Below, in pieces: positions 29,035 to 41,635 of a DNA stretch of 64,000 bases; positions within the stretch are counted from its first letter, which is position 1; each line of letters starts with the position of its first letter. Source of the DNA: a virus (taxonomy: Duplodnaviria; Caudoviricetes); the IMG/VR virus record IMGVR_UViG_3300010340_000989, positions 1 to 64,000 of that record; one strand, given 5' to 3'. The notes beneath the pieces were generated by a model. The model had not been told where the DNA came from. It saw only the letters and a list, made by a program, of their open reading frames with translations, and searched no databases. Made by a program: the position numbers and the translations under genes.

Positions 29035-32000
29035 ATGGCTAGTATATTTAATGTAAACTTTGATATTAGAGCTCCTTTTGAAATAGAAGGTAGATTGATC
29101 GTTGATGTTACGGATAGTCCGTCATCTGGTCAAACAGCTCTAACTACACTAATACCTTCTTATAATTATAGAAATATGGTTGTATTTGTAAGATCTGTAA
29201 AAAGATTTTACTATTTAATTGATACACCTGCTAATTATTTAACTAGGGGATCTATAATTTCAGATTGGGCGGTATTAGATATATCTGGATCAACTGGGTC
29301 ATCTGTAACAGGTCCTCAAGGACCAACTGGTCGTCAAGGAGTTAGTGGTCCTCAAGGATACCAAGGACCATCAGGTCCTAAAGGTGATCCAGGTGGTCCT
29401 CAAGGTGTTAGTGGTCCTCAAGGACCAACTGGTGATGTAACTTACATATATAATTATACAGGAGCAACAGGTTCTCAAGGATTTACTGGACCTCAAGGTA
29501 AAACTGGAGCTCAAGGAGTTAGTGGACCAACTGGATCTCAAGGTAGAACTGGACCTCAAGGAAATACTGGACCTCAGGGTAATACTGGGGTTCAAGGTAG
29601 AACTGGACCTCAAGGATTTACTGGATTTCAAGGACCAACTGGTAGTCAAGGAAATACTGGATCCCAAGGAAATACTGGGGTTCAAGGTAGAACTGGACCT
29701 CAAGGATTTACTGGATCACAAGGACCAACCGGCAGTCAAGGTAATACTGGGGTTCAAGGTAGTACTGGATCACAAGGTAGTACTGGATCACAAGGACCAA
29801 CCGGTAGTCAAGGTAATACAGGACCACAAGGTAGAACTGGACCAACTGGACCTCAAGGATTTACTGGATTTCAAGGACCAACCGGTAGCCAAGGTAATAC
29901 TGGGGTTCAAGGTAGAACTGGACCTCAAGGATCAGGTAGTACTGGATCACAAGGACCAACCGGTAGTCAAGGTAATACAGGATCACAAGGTAATACGGGA
30001 CCACAAGGTAAAACTGGACCACAAGGACCAACTGGATCACAAGGAAATACAGGATCACAAGGAAATACAGGGGTTCAAGGTAAAACCGGACCAACAGGGT
30101 CTCAAGGCTCCCAAGGACCAACCGGTAGTCAAGGAAATACAGGATCACAAGGTAGAACTGGACCTCAGGGATCAGGTAGTACTGGATCACAAGGACCAAC
30201 TGGTTCTCAAGGCAATACAGGATCACAGGGTAATACTGGGGTTCAAGGTAGAACTGGACCAACTGGGTCACAAGGGCCAACTGGTAATCAAGGGGTTACT
30301 GGTAATCAAGGTAATACAGGACCACAAGGATCAGGTAGTACTGGAGCACAAGGACCAACTGGCTCTCAAGGTAATACAGGTGCTCAAGGTAATACGGGAC
30401 CACAAGGTAGAACAGGACCAACTGGTAATCAAGGACCAACCGGTGTTCAAGGTAATACTGGATCACAAGGACCAACAGGTATCTCTGTCACAGGACCACA
30501 AGGTGTCACAGGACCGACTGGTGTTCAAGGACCAACTGGACAAGTTGGTGGTTGGACTTTAGAATATACAACAGTAGATGGTGCAACCTCACCAGCTAGT
30601 GGATTGATATCTTTTTTAAATTCATCAAGTATTGCTACTACTTTTGGTAATGTCAATCAAATTTATTTAAACCCTAATGATAAATGGGGTAATGTTTTGT
30701 CTGGTATATTTACCGAGATAGTATCATTGATAAATGGTGAAACTTTAAATATTAAAATATTTGATTTAAAATCAAGCTCTAGAAGTTACTTCTATTCTTG
30801 TACTTTCAATTCGACTAATGTTAGTATATTTTCAACAAGACTTAGAATTGAAAATGTTACTTACATTGGTGGATCTAATGGAACAAATCCTAATATAGCT
30901 GATATATCTGAAATTGGTATATCATTTATGTTACCAAGAGGAACAACAGGATCACAAGGACCAACAGGGTCACAAGGAAATACAGGATCACAAGGAAATA
31001 CAGGTCAAGGAACAACAGGACCACAAGGAAATACAGGTAATCAAGGAACAACAGGACCACAAGGTATTACAGGTCCTCAAGGTATAATTGGACCTTATGG
31101 TAATACTGGTAGTCAAGGTCCAAGCGGACCAAAAGGTGATCCAGGTGGAGCTCAAGGAGTTAGTGGTCCTCAGGGACCTACGGGGGATGTGACATATATT
31201 TATAACTATACAGGACCAACTGGTCCTCAAGGAGTTACAGGTCCTCAAGGAACTGGACCTCAAGGTATTACTGGACCAACTGGTGTTCAGGGTGTTACTG
31301 GACCTCAAGGTAATCAAGGTGTTACTGGTCAAGGTGTTACTGGTCCTCAAGGACCAACTGGTCCTCAAGGAACTGGACCACAAGGTATTACTGGACCAAC
31401 TGGTGTTCAGGGTATAACTGGACCTCAAGGAAATACTGGAAATCAAGGAGTCACAGGACCATCTGTTACTGGACCTCAAGGAATTACAGGACCAACTGGT
31501 GTTCAGGGTATAACTGGACCTCAAGGTAATGCTGGTAGTGATGGTAGTGATGGTGGTATCGGACCAACAGGATCAACAGGATCACAAGGTAAAACTGGTC
31601 CTCAGGGAAATACAGGCCCTCAAGGATTTACAGGATCACAAGGTATCACAGGTCCTCAAGGTCTTGCAGGACCAACAGGCATTCAAGGATTTACAGGTCC
31701 TCAAGGTATTACAGGTGCTCAAGGTATCACAGGTCCTTCTGTTACAGGACCACAGGGTAGAACTGGACCAACTGGTGTTCAGGGTATAACTGGACCTCAA
31801 GGATTTACAGGACCAACTGGCTATCAAGGACCAACAGGTATTGTTGATGTAAGTGTTAAAAAGGTTGCTTGGCAAAATGATCAATTATCATCTTGGGGGT
31901 TAACTGCTGGGCAAGACCCAAACACAATATTTTTTTATAATAGTAATAGTTATGATTCACCACAAGGAGATATAGTTGTTTCTTTAAATCCAGCAACTGC

Positions 32001-33639
32001 AATTCCTGGTTTAAATAGAAGTTTTAAACTTATTCTTGGAAATGGTGGTAGAGTTGAAAATGGATATACTTGGTCTGTTGCTTATAATGGGACAAGGCTT
32101 GTTGAGTATGTTGAAGGTAGAGTTGAACCGCATGTTTTAGATTTCTTATGGTCTACAAGTAGCGTTCCTGAAGGTGAATATTCATTAGCTAAGTATATGT
32201 TAGAAGAACCTCGTGATGATTTTCAAACAACTGGATCAGCATTTGGTAAAGATTTTACTAGTGTTAAAAGAATGATGGGATGGTTCGGTACAGTAAATTC
32301 AATATCTTCACCAGGAATAGGTGGTTCTACTGTATTCCCTAGAGGTTCTATAATTTTTGTAAATGAAGTTTTTGTTTATTGTGAAGCTCAAACTACAACA
32401 ACACCAGGTGTGACAATTTCCTTTGGTTTATCACAACCAACACTTGGAGGATCCTACGGAGCATCAATATCAAGTTGGAGTCCATCATTATCATCCTTTG
32501 GTGTTTCTGATAGTAGAAAAATTCTTTTCCCTGAAAGATCATTAGGTGACTTTGTAACAGGAAGTGTTTATTACACAAATTCACCAGTTGGTATAATAAG
32601 ACTTAATGAGCCTGCCATGGTTGTAATATCAATTGATGGTGGATCCTTAGAGGCTAATACATTTATAAAATGTATGGTTCCTTATATAGTTGATGAAGCA
32701 TCATTTAATAGTATTTCAGGAACTAATTATATAGGATCACCAAGTGTATCTAGTGGTTCAGCTAGTTCAACAAACTCATTCTTACCTCTACCAGTTCCTA
32801 AAATAAATTTAATGAAAGATACTCAATCGATTGATGTGTATGACTCATCTATTAACGGAATTTTTGCAACCCAGGCTATTGTACACAATTATCCAGTTTT
32901 AATAAATATGGATTTCACTAGTGAGCATTTTAGTAATCCAGAAAATAGAATTTTTATTGAAATGGTTCATTATAAAAGAAAAACTAAAAAAGTTATTTAT
33001 GATGGGGAAATGTTGCCAATTGGAACAAAATCTAATGGAAAATCTTATGTAGTACCAGCTAAGCAAATAGCTGATATAGGTCAGGACACAAGTCTTCCAT
33101 GGGTAGCTGGTGGGTTTTGGTCAAGAGTTGGAGATTCTAATTGGAATAACTCTTTATTAGTACCTGCAAAAATTGGAATAGATAGACCTAATCATTATGA
33201 AATAACGAGTTATACTATGAGCACATATAATATATGGGAATATTTTACAGGTAGGTTTGAATTTTATAATGTTAAATATAGGGATGTAACAAATGCTGTT
33301 CAAGATCTTTATACATTAATACCCGCTTCAGGAAAAAGTAAAGGAGGTAAAAATTTACCAACCAGTAGATATTCCTATTCTCCTTATTATACACCATATT
33401 ATTGTGCATTTAGATATATACAATGGGTACCAAGTGCAAACGGTGGTAGAGGACAGATAGTATCCGGACCTCTTTCAAAAATTATTAAAGTAACTGGATT
33501 TAATTTCCCATTTCAAACAAATTATGTTAAAAGTGCTGAATTTGGAGTACCAGTCTGTGATATAAGTACTAATTGGACAACTGACTGGCCTGATTCTTAT
33601 AAAGAATTGAAATGTGATTGGGTAAGTAATATCCCATAA
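29035..33639 (+). CDS. collagen-like virion fibre protein with large C-terminal domains
   Basis: Two long Gly-X-Y tracts, duplicated 34-aa block, ~590-aa non-collagen C-terminus. Confidence 0.85.
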   Translation: MASIFNVNFDIRAPFEIEGRLIVDVTDSPSSGQTALTTLIPSYNYRNMVVFVRSVKRFYYLIDTPANYLTRGSIISDWAVLDISGSTGSSVTGPQGPTGRQGVSGPQGYQGPSGPKGDPGGPQGVSGPQGPTGDVTYIYNYTGATGSQGFTGPQGKTGAQGVSGPTGSQGRTGPQGNTGPQGNTGVQGRTGPQGFTGFQGPTGSQGNTGSQGNTGVQGRTGPQGFTGSQGPTGSQGNTGVQGSTGSQGSTGSQGPTGSQGNTGPQGRTGPTGPQGFTGFQGPTGSQGNTGVQGRTGPQGSGSTGSQGPTGSQGNTGSQGNTGPQGKTGPQGPTGSQGNTGSQGNTGVQGKTGPTGSQGSQGPTGSQGNTGSQGRTGPQGSGSTGSQGPTGSQGNTGSQGNTGVQGRTGPTGSQGPTGNQGVTGNQGNTGPQGSGSTGAQGPTGSQGNTGAQGNTGPQGRTGPTGNQGPTGVQGNTGSQGPTGISVTGPQGVTGPTGVQGPTGQVGGWTLEYTTVDGATSPASGLISFLNSSSIATTFGNVNQIYLNPNDKWGNVLSGIFTEIVSLINGETLNIKIFDLKSSSRSYFYSCTFNSTNVSIFSTRLRIENVTYIGGSNGTNPNIADISEIGISFMLPRGTTGSQGPTGSQGNTGSQGNTGQGTTGPQGNTGNQGTTGPQGITGPQGIIGPYGNTGSQGPSGPKGDPGGAQGVSGPQGPTGDVTYIYNYTGPTGPQGVTGPQGTGPQGITGPTGVQGVTGPQGNQGVTGQGVTGPQGPTGPQGTGPQGITGPTGVQGITGPQGNTGNQGVTGPSVTGPQGITGPTGVQGITGPQGNAGSDGSDGGIGPTGSTGSQGKTGPQGNTGPQGFTGSQGITGPQGLAGPTGIQGFTGPQGITGAQGITGPSVTGPQGRTGPTGVQGITGPQGFTGPTGYQGPTGIVDVSVKKVAWQNDQLSSWGLTAGQDPNTIFFYNSNSYDSPQGDIVVSLNPATAIPGLNRSFKLILGNGGRVENGYTWSVAYNGTRLVEYVEGRVEPHVLDFLWSTSSVPEGEYSLAKYMLEEPRDDFQTTGSAFGKDFTSVKRMMGWFGTVNSISSPGIGGSTVFPRGSIIFVNEVFVYCEAQTTTTPGVTISFGLSQPTLGGSYGASISSWSPSLSSFGVSDSRKILFPERSLGDFVTGSVYYTNSPVGIIRLNEPAMVVISIDGGSLEANTFIKCMVPYIVDEASFNSISGTNYIGSPSVSSGSASSTNSFLPLPVPKINLMKDTQSIDVYDSSINGIFATQAIVHNYPVLINMDFTSEHFSNPENRIFIEMVHYKRKTKKVIYDGEMLPIGTKSNGKSYVVPAKQIADIGQDTSLPWVAGGFWSRVGDSNWNNSLLVPAKIGIDRPNHYEITSYTMSTYNIWEYFTGRFEFYNVKYRDVTNAVQDLYTLIPASGKSKGGKNLPTSRYSYSPYYTPYYCAFRYIQWVPSANGGRGQIVSGPLSKIIKVTGFNFPFQTNYVKSAEFGVPVCDISTNWTTDWPDSYKELKCDWVSNIP

Positions 33640-33655
33640 AATATATATATAATAG

Positions 33656-33727
33656 ATGAAAAAATTAAGGGATTCCGCAGTTCATCAAAATATCTACGGA
33701 TATCGAAACGCTCATATGCCTACCTAA
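33656..33727 (+). CDS. putative 23-aa leader peptide (uORF)
   Basis: MKKLRDSAVHQNIYGYRNAHMPT*, directly after AAATATATA, in frame with 33782. Confidence 0.35.
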   Translation: MKKLRDSAVHQNIYGYRNAHMPT

Positions 33728-33765
33728 GGGTTCGGTATAAGTTCATCGGAATCCCTAATTTTTTC
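33658..33765 (+). ncRNA. putative structured RNA / leader element
   Basis: 19-bp inverted repeat with one bulged A (33658-33677 / 33747-33765) enclosing atatc-TACG-gatat and tatgcc..ggtata hairpins; GC-richer than surroundings. Confidence 0.55.
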
Positions 33766-33781
33766 TGAAAAAATATCAATT

Positions 33782-36700
33782 ATGTCACATTATCCAAAAA
33801 TATTCGATTTCGTAGGTACTGGTGGTTCTGGGGTTGGTCCAGGATTAACTTTTTCTGGACAAAATTATGTCATAGTAAGGTCGGTTAATACAGGAGTTCC
33901 TGCTACGGATGGGGTAACTAATGGAACTGCTTTATTAAATGGATTAGCTCAATTAGATTTACTTGATTGGGGCACGCGATCTTTAGATAATATGGGATCA
34001 TTACTATTAACTCCCGGTATTTATAACTTAGTTGATCAAACAATTACTATGATTGATTTCATCAATATAGTTGGTATATCCACTAATCGTAGAGATACTA
34101 TTATTACCGCAGATTCAATGACATCAAATCAAAACCACATTTATTGGGGAAATGTAATAACTGCTGGATTGCAAAATGTCGAATTAATTGCTGATATTAG
34201 TCATAGCGCAATAATGTTAGGTGGTGATGATACATCATTTCCTATAGTTAGAAATGTTTATTTTGGAAGTGAAAATATATTTTACAATTCAAATTATGGA
34301 TTTAATAATTTAGTTGGGATATATGATAATTGTGAATGGATTAATGGAATTAATTACGCATTTATAGCAAATGAAAATATATCAGCAACAATAACTAATA
34401 TTAAAATGTCAAATGTTAGTAATGCATTTATAGCTGGCATTGATATCTCAGGAACAATAAATAATATCACAATACAAGATGTCGGGTTTGTATTCTATGC
34501 TGATGGTGATATATCCGGATCAATAAGTAATGTTAAAATAAATAATTCAAGTGGTTATATATGTTATGCTGGTTTATCAATCTCGGGAAAAATTGATAAT
34601 ATCATCGCGGGTGGTGTTTATGTTGGATTCTTTGCTATTTATATTTCTGGAAAAATAACTAATATTAGTATAGATACTAGTAGTTTTGCAATATTCTCTG
34701 CTATTAATGATATTTCTGGAATAGTAAATGACGTTGTATTGGGTAATGTTGGATCTCAGGCATTCGACGCTGGTAATATATCAGGAACAATAAATAATAT
34801 TACTATAAGTAATAGTTCTAATGCATTCTATGTAAGTAATAATCTTTCCGGAACTATAAATGATATTATCATTGATAATGCTAGTAGTGATGTATTTTAT
34901 GCTAATAATATATCAGGAATAATAACTAATATTATAATCGGTGAAGTTTCTAGTAATTATATATTTAATAGTGCTACTTTTTCAGGAACAATAATAGATG
35001 TTACGATGGGAGATGTTAATTTCGCCTTTCGTTTTACTAGTACAATTTCAGGGAAAATATCTGATGTCACAATAGGAAATGTTATAAATTACGGGTTTTT
35101 TAGTAATGGAGATATATCAGGGACAATAACTAATATTAAGATGGGTGATGTTAATTCATCATTCCTAACTTCTGGTGGTATATCAGGAACAATAACTGAT
35201 GTTACGATGGGTAACTCTAGTTACGCCTTTTCAGTAAGTGGTGATATATCAGGAACAATAACTGATGTTACGATGGGTAATATTGATAACTATGCATTCA
35301 CTGCTGATAACATAACAGGAACAATAACTGATGTTGTGATTGGTAATGTTAATTACATGGTTTCTACTAGTGGTGATATATCGGGAACAATAACTAATAT
35401 TATTTTAGGTAACACTATTATAGCATTTTATAGTGGTGGTAATATATCAGGAACAATAACTGATGTTACGATGGGTAATGTTTCTAATAAATCATTCGAT
35501 GCTGATAATATATCAGGAACAATAACTAATATTAATATGGGTGATATTCAAACATCATTTGATGGTATTATTTCAGGAACGATAAGTAATATCAACATGA
35601 ATAATGTTAGTTCTAATGCTTTTAATGGTGATGAGATATCAGGAACAATAACTAATATTAGTATAGGCAATGTTTCTGGTAATACTTTTAATACTGGTAC
35701 TTTTTCAGGAACAATAACTGGTATTAGCATGGGAAATATTACTAACGGATTTTACACCAGTGAAATTTTAGGAACAATAAATAATGTTATTATGGGTAAT
35801 GTTACTACCTATGCGTTTTTTAGTAATAATTTGGATGGAATAATAACTAATGTTACGATGGGTGATGTTAGTAATGCATTCTATTCTACTGGTAATATGT
35901 CAGGAATAATAACCGATGTTATTATGGGCACTATTAGTAATAATGCTTTCTATACCGATATTTCTAACTCAGCAACAATAATCAATATTACAATGGGTAA
36001 TGCTCCAAATTATGCATTCCATTCAATTGTTGATATTAGGAAATCTGCAATAATAAGCAATATTACAATGGGTAATGTCAATTATGCATTTCAAACAGGA
36101 GGTAATCTAGCTGGGAAAATAACTGATGTCATTATGGGTAATGTCGCTAACGCATTTTTAGCTAGTGCTGGTGATATTGCCGGATCAATAAGTAACATCA
36201 CAATGGGTGATGTTAGTAACATAGCATTTTATGCTGATTATCTAGGATTTATTGGTGGAATAATAACTAATGTTACGATGGGTGATGTTACAAATTATGC
36301 ATTCCGTTCAAAATTTAATAGTATTTCCGGAACAATAACTAATATTAAAATAGGTAATGTTATTGATACTGCATTTTTGGCTAATGGTGGAATTGACGGA
36401 ACAATAACTAATATTACGATGGGTAATGTTAGTTCTGGTTTTGTAATTAATTTTGATGGTATTTCCGGAACAATAACTGACATTATTATAGGTGATGGAA
36501 ATATTGGATTCTATGTAGAGGGTGGTGACATCTCCGGAAAAATAACGAATATTACGATGGGTAATTTTGCTACAGGAATATTTTCTGAAAATATATCCGG
36601 AGTAGTAAGTGATATAAAAATTAGTAATACAACTAATACATTTCAAATAGCCTACAGTATATCTGGGATAATAAATAATATTATAATTATGGGCACTGTT

Positions 36701-37660
36701 AGTAATGCATTTATATCTGGTGATATATCTGGAACAATAACTGATGTTATAATGGGTAATGTTTCTAAAGGATTTTATATCACTGTTGGTGAATTATCAG
36801 GAATAATAAATAATATTACCATGGGTGAGGTTGGATTAGGATTTTCTACTACTGGTGGTAGTATTTCGGGAACAATTAGTCATGTTAATATGAGAACTGC
36901 TACTAGTGCATTTAGTGTTATTTCTAGTGGTAATATATCTGGAACAATAACTGATGTTACGATGGGTGATGTTGATTATGGATTTCAAACTGAAGATGGT
37001 GATATATCTGGTACAATAACTAATGTTACTATGGGTAATGTTGCAGGATTAGCTGCATTTTATACAGGAAAAGGAGCTCCTTCAGGTAGTGATATATCTG
37101 GAATAATAACTAATGTTACTATGGGTAATTGTAATTCCGAAGCATTCTGGGCTAGTAGCGGTGATATATCTGGAATAATAAATAATGTCAGTATTGGTGA
37201 TGTTTATATAGCATTTCGAGGTGTTGGTTCTATCTCAGGAATAATTAATAATGTTAAAATGGGTGATGTCGATATAGCATTTAATGCTAATAATATTGAT
37301 ATATCTGGATCAATATCTAATGTTACCATGGGTAATTGTGGTAATTCATTCAAAAGTGATAGTGGATCTATCACAGGTAAAATACACTATGTCAAATCAA
37401 ATGGTAGTATTGTTACGGCTGGAAGTTTTACAGGAGAATTATTAAACTGTGAATTTGATTGTCTTGGAAAAGCTACAACCGTAATAAATGAAGTTGGTTC
37501 TACCGCAATAATTGAACGATGTAAATTACTATCTGATGCTGTCCCAACTATTTATTCATCAACATCTGTTAATGTTCAAATACTTTACACAATTATTAAT
37601 AATGGAACTACTAATATCACACCAATACCAGCTACTAATTATAATCTAAGTACTTGGTAA
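33782..37660 (+). CDS. beta-solenoid repeat protein, paralog 1 (putative virion fibre/adhesin)
   Basis: Roughly 45 repeats of ~22-aa ISGTITNxxMGxVxxxF; shared N- and C-caps. Confidence 0.75.
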   Translation: MSHYPKIFDFVGTGGSGVGPGLTFSGQNYVIVRSVNTGVPATDGVTNGTALLNGLAQLDLLDWGTRSLDNMGSLLLTPGIYNLVDQTITMIDFINIVGISTNRRDTIITADSMTSNQNHIYWGNVITAGLQNVELIADISHSAIMLGGDDTSFPIVRNVYFGSENIFYNSNYGFNNLVGIYDNCEWINGINYAFIANENISATITNIKMSNVSNAFIAGIDISGTINNITIQDVGFVFYADGDISGSISNVKINNSSGYICYAGLSISGKIDNIIAGGVYVGFFAIYISGKITNISIDTSSFAIFSAINDISGIVNDVVLGNVGSQAFDAGNISGTINNITISNSSNAFYVSNNLSGTINDIIIDNASSDVFYANNISGIITNIIIGEVSSNYIFNSATFSGTIIDVTMGDVNFAFRFTSTISGKISDVTIGNVINYGFFSNGDISGTITNIKMGDVNSSFLTSGGISGTITDVTMGNSSYAFSVSGDISGTITDVTMGNIDNYAFTADNITGTITDVVIGNVNYMVSTSGDISGTITNIILGNTIIAFYSGGNISGTITDVTMGNVSNKSFDADNISGTITNINMGDIQTSFDGIISGTISNINMNNVSSNAFNGDEISGTITNISIGNVSGNTFNTGTFSGTITGISMGNITNGFYTSEILGTINNVIMGNVTTYAFFSNNLDGIITNVTMGDVSNAFYSTGNMSGIITDVIMGTISNNAFYTDISNSATIINITMGNAPNYAFHSIVDIRKSAIISNITMGNVNYAFQTGGNLAGKITDVIMGNVANAFLASAGDIAGSISNITMGDVSNIAFYADYLGFIGGIITNVTMGDVTNYAFRSKFNSISGTITNIKIGNVIDTAFLANGGIDGTITNITMGNVSSGFVINFDGISGTITDIIIGDGNIGFYVEGGDISGKITNITMGNFATGIFSENISGVVSDIKISNTTNTFQIAYSISGIINNIIIMGTVSNAFISGDISGTITDVIMGNVSKGFYITVGELSGIINNITMGEVGLGFSTTGGSISGTISHVNMRTATSAFSVISSGNISGTITDVTMGDVDYGFQTEDGDISGTITNVTMGNVAGLAAFYTGKGAPSGSDISGIITNVTMGNCNSEAFWASSGDISGIINNVSIGDVYIAFRGVGSISGIINNVKMGDVDIAFNANNIDISGSISNVTMGNCGNSFKSDSGSITGKIHYVKSNGSIVTAGSFTGELLNCEFDCLGKATTVINEVGSTAIIERCKLLSDAVPTIYSSTSVNVQILYTIINNGTTNITPIPATNYNLSTW

Positions 37661-37682
37661 AAATTTGGGAAGTAATCTTACA

Positions 37683-37691
37683 TAATATATA
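37683..37691 (+). promoter_or_regulatory. putative late promoter TAATATATA
   Basis: Recurrent motif. Confidence 0.6.
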
Positions 37692-37696
37692 TTGAA

Positions 37697-40600
37697 ATGT
37701 CTCATTATCCAAAAATATTAGATTTTGTAGGTACTGGAGGAAGTGCTGGTTTAACTTTTTCTGGACAAAATTATGTCATAGTAGAATCAGTTAATACTGG
37801 AGTTCCTGCTACAGATGGAGTAACTAATGGAACTGCTTTATTAAATGGATTAGCTCAATTAGATTTACTTGATTGGGGCACGCGATCTTTAGATAATATG
37901 GGTAGTTTATTATTAATGCCTGGAATCTATAACTTAGTTGATCAGACAATCACTATGATTGATTTCATCAATATAGTTGGTATATCCACTAATCGTAGAG
38001 ATACTATTATTACCGCAGATTCAATGACATCAAGCCAAAACCACATTTATTGGGGAAATGGAATAACTGCTGGATTACAAAATGTCGAATTAATTGCTGA
38101 TGTTGCAAATGATGCAATAATGTTAAGAGGAAGAGAATTATCATTTCCTATTATTGAAAATGTTTATCTTGGAAGTGAAAATATGTGTTTTAATTTGTTC
38201 GGATCCTATGGATTTAGTGATCTAGTTGGTATTTGGAACAATTGTGAGTGGGCAACTGGGATTAATTATGCGTTTGTTGCGGAAAATATATTAGCAACAA
38301 TAACTAATATTATAATGGGTAATACGAATATTGCTTTCTATTGTGTGACTGGTAATATATCCGGAACAGTTAGTAACATTACTATGGGTGATGTCAATAA
38401 CTCGTTTTATACTGGAGGTGATATTTCTGGAACAATAAATAATATTAAAGTAGGTAATGCTTCTTCATCATTATTTTCTATTGGTGGTGAAATGTCAGGG
38501 ATAATAACTGATGTTATTATGAATGATGTTTATTTTGCATTCACAGTAAATGGTAATATATCAGGAATGATTAGTAATATTATTATTGGTAATGTTTCTG
38601 AAGATACATTTAATACAGGTAATATATCAGGAAATATAACTGATATTATAATGGGTAATATTGCGAATAACGCTTTCTATATTGTAGGCACTATGTCAGG
38701 AACAATAGCTAATATTACGATGGGTGATGTTACAAGTTCTGTATATGATGTTCTTGGTGATATGTCAGGAAAAATAACTAATATATTAATAGGGGATGTA
38801 TCAAATGCGTTTCATACATCTGGAAGTATAACAGGAATACTAACCGATATTAAAATGGGTAATGTTTCTGGTAAATCATTTCACGCTCAAGATAATATAT
38901 CAGGTACAATTACTAATGTAGTAATGGGTAATGTTAGTTACGAAGGATTCTATGCTCAATATGGTGATATCTCAGGAAAAATAACTGATATCAAAATAGG
39001 TACTATTTATGGTACATCATCTTTTACAGCCAACGGTAGTATCTCAGGAATAATAACCAATGTTACAATGGGTGATATTACTAATAATGGATTTTATGCT
39101 TATACCGATATTTCTGGATCAATATCTAATATTTTGATGGGTAATGTTCCAACTGGTAGATCATTCCAAGCCAATAACGATATATCTGGGACAATAACTA
39201 ATATTATAATGGGTGATGTTTTAGGAGAATATGCATTCTATGCTGGTAGTAATATTTCTGGATCAATAAGAGATATTATTATAGGTAGTGTTAGTAATAC
39301 ATTCTTTTCTGTTAATGAGATATCTGGTTCAATAAATAGTGTTATTATGGGTAATGTCACAAATAGGGCATTCTGGACTGGTGGAAATATGTCAGGAATA
39401 ATATCTGATGTTAAAATGGGTAATGTTACAGATTATGCTTTTTACATTGATAACTCACTCTCAGGAATAATAAATAATATTATAATTGGTAATGCTCAGT
39501 CAGTATTTCGATCTAATTCTTCAATATCAGGGACAATAACTAATATTATTATTGGTGATATTTCACAATATGTATTTTATGTTTTTGGATCTGGGGATAT
39601 ATCAGGTAAAATATGTAATATAACAATTGGAAATGTTTATAGAGCATTTAAATCTTATAACATTTCAGGAGAAATAACTAATATTATAATAGGAGAAGTC
39701 AATAATGCTGCATTCTATTCTTCTAATTCTATATCAGGAAAAATATCTGATGTTAAAATGAATGGTGTTTATAATGCATTCATTTGTGATAATTTATTAT
39801 CAGGGACTATAACTAATATAACAATGGGTACAGTTAGTAATTATGCATTCTATGTCACTGGTGGTGATTTATTAGGGTCAATATCTGATATTATAATTGG
39901 TAATGTTACTGGTTTTGTATTTCGATCTAACAATATTTTAGGAACGATAAATAATGTTGTTATGGGTGATGTTGATAATAGTGTGTTTTATACTGGAGGT
40001 GATATATCAGGAGTAATAAGAGATATTACTATAGGTAATGCTATTGAGTATGTATTTTACGCACCCAATGGTAGTATGTTAGGAACAATAAGTAGTATTA
40101 CAATGGGTGACGTTGGTAATACTGCATTCTATTCATATAATTCTATTTCAGGGACAATCACCGATGTTATTATGTATGATGTCAATTATGCTTTCCAATC
40201 TATTATTGGAGATATATCTGGAAATATAACTAATATCAAAATGGGTGAGGTTACTAGCTCATTTTTCTCTGTTAATATAACAGGTACAATTACTGATATT
40301 ACTATGGGTAATATCAGTAATATTGCATTCTATTCTAGTAATTCAATCTCAGGAACTATAAATAATATTAGAATGGGTAACATCTATAATGAAGCATTTA
40401 ATGCTGACAACATATCAGGAGTAATAACTAGTGTTGTGATGAAAAATGTTAGTGGTAATTATGCTTATTATGTAGTTGGTGATATATCTGGAACAATAAG
40501 TGATGTTATTATGGGTAATGTTTCATTTTATGCATTCCATTCTAATACTGGTAATATTTCCGGAACTATAACTAATATTACGATGGGTGATGTTGGTTAT

Positions 40601-41611
40601 CTATTTTATGCTGATGGTAATATTTCTGGAAAAATAGATAATATCACAATGAATAATGCCAATTATCCATTTTATGCTAATACTGGTAATATTTCCGGAA
40701 CTATAAATCATGTTACGATGGGTGATGTTTCAACTACATTCTACGCTAATAACATCTCATCTACAATAATGAATGTTAAAATGGGTAATGTGATTAAGTA
40801 TGCATTCTATGCTAATACTGGTAATATCTCAGGAAATATAACTAATATAACGATGGGTAATGTTTATAATGCATTTCATGCTCATGGTGATATATCAGGA
40901 ATAATAAGTGATATTATCATGTCTGATATTATTAATCCTAGTTTAGATCCTGGTAATGTATTTATCAGTATTTCTAGTAACATTTCGGGTGTAATAAATA
41001 ATATAATTATTGGTAATGATGGTAGATATATTTTTCATACTCAAGCTGGTGATATATCCGGAACAATAAGTAATATTATTGTAGGTGATGTCGAATCTAT
41101 ATTTTATTCTATTGGTAATATTTCCGGAACTATAACTAATATTAAAATGGGTGATGGAGAACAACCATTTCGTGCGACCAGTAATATTTCAGGAATAATA
41201 AATGATGTTATAATCGGTAGTGCTACTTTGGCATTTTATGCTATTGGTAATATATCAGGAACAATAAATAATATTAAAATGAGTAATATTACAAGTACTT
41301 ATTCATTTTATGCAAATAACATTTCATCAACAATGAGTTATGTTGAATCTAATGGATCTATTAATACAGGTGGTAGCTTTACTGGAAAATTAATAAATTG
41401 TGAATTCGATTGTAGAGGGAAAGGGATAACAGTAATTAATAATTTAGGATCTAATGCAATAATTGAGAATTCAAAATTATTATCAGATACAGGATTTTAT
41501 TCTATTTCAGCATCAGCATCTATTTCTGCTCAAATACTTTATACGATTACAAATGAAGGAATAGATCCTTTGATTACAGTACCTGTGACTAATTATAATT
41601 CAGACATATAA
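37697..41611 (+). CDS. beta-solenoid repeat protein, paralog 2
   Basis: Same MSHYPKI start, repeats and NCEFDC C-cap. Confidence 0.75.
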   Translation: MSHYPKILDFVGTGGSAGLTFSGQNYVIVESVNTGVPATDGVTNGTALLNGLAQLDLLDWGTRSLDNMGSLLLMPGIYNLVDQTITMIDFINIVGISTNRRDTIITADSMTSSQNHIYWGNGITAGLQNVELIADVANDAIMLRGRELSFPIIENVYLGSENMCFNLFGSYGFSDLVGIWNNCEWATGINYAFVAENILATITNIIMGNTNIAFYCVTGNISGTVSNITMGDVNNSFYTGGDISGTINNIKVGNASSSLFSIGGEMSGIITDVIMNDVYFAFTVNGNISGMISNIIIGNVSEDTFNTGNISGNITDIIMGNIANNAFYIVGTMSGTIANITMGDVTSSVYDVLGDMSGKITNILIGDVSNAFHTSGSITGILTDIKMGNVSGKSFHAQDNISGTITNVVMGNVSYEGFYAQYGDISGKITDIKIGTIYGTSSFTANGSISGIITNVTMGDITNNGFYAYTDISGSISNILMGNVPTGRSFQANNDISGTITNIIMGDVLGEYAFYAGSNISGSIRDIIIGSVSNTFFSVNEISGSINSVIMGNVTNRAFWTGGNMSGIISDVKMGNVTDYAFYIDNSLSGIINNIIIGNAQSVFRSNSSISGTITNIIIGDISQYVFYVFGSGDISGKICNITIGNVYRAFKSYNISGEITNIIIGEVNNAAFYSSNSISGKISDVKMNGVYNAFICDNLLSGTITNITMGTVSNYAFYVTGGDLLGSISDIIIGNVTGFVFRSNNILGTINNVVMGDVDNSVFYTGGDISGVIRDITIGNAIEYVFYAPNGSMLGTISSITMGDVGNTAFYSYNSISGTITDVIMYDVNYAFQSIIGDISGNITNIKMGEVTSSFFSVNITGTITDITMGNISNIAFYSSNSISGTINNIRMGNIYNEAFNADNISGVITSVVMKNVSGNYAYYVVGDISGTISDVIMGNVSFYAFHSNTGNISGTITNITMGDVGYLFYADGNISGKIDNITMNNANYPFYANTGNISGTINHVTMGDVSTTFYANNISSTIMNVKMGNVIKYAFYANTGNISGNITNITMGNVYNAFHAHGDISGIISDIIMSDIINPSLDPGNVFISISSNISGVINNIIIGNDGRYIFHTQAGDISGTISNIIVGDVESIFYSIGNISGTITNIKMGDGEQPFRATSNISGIINDVIIGSATLAFYAIGNISGTINNIKMSNITSTYSFYANNISSTMSYVESNGSINTGGSFTGKLINCEFDCRGKGITVINNLGSNAIIENSKLLSDTGFYSISASASISAQILYTITNEGIDPLITVPVTNYNSDI

Positions 41612-41635
41612 CAAATGTGGGTAGATTATCTTCTA

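Noticed and set aside
26075-32584. Numerous alternative-frame and antisense ORFs in the collagen genes (e.g. 29522-30562, 30988-31524)
   Set aside because: Shadows of repetitive Gly-X-Y codons that lack stops; low-complexity translations.
33658-33765. tRNA or hammerhead ribozyme interpretation (GGTTCG, GAAA, GATGA)
   Set aside because: No cloverleaf with correct arm spacing; no CUGANGA and GAAA core on the same strand.
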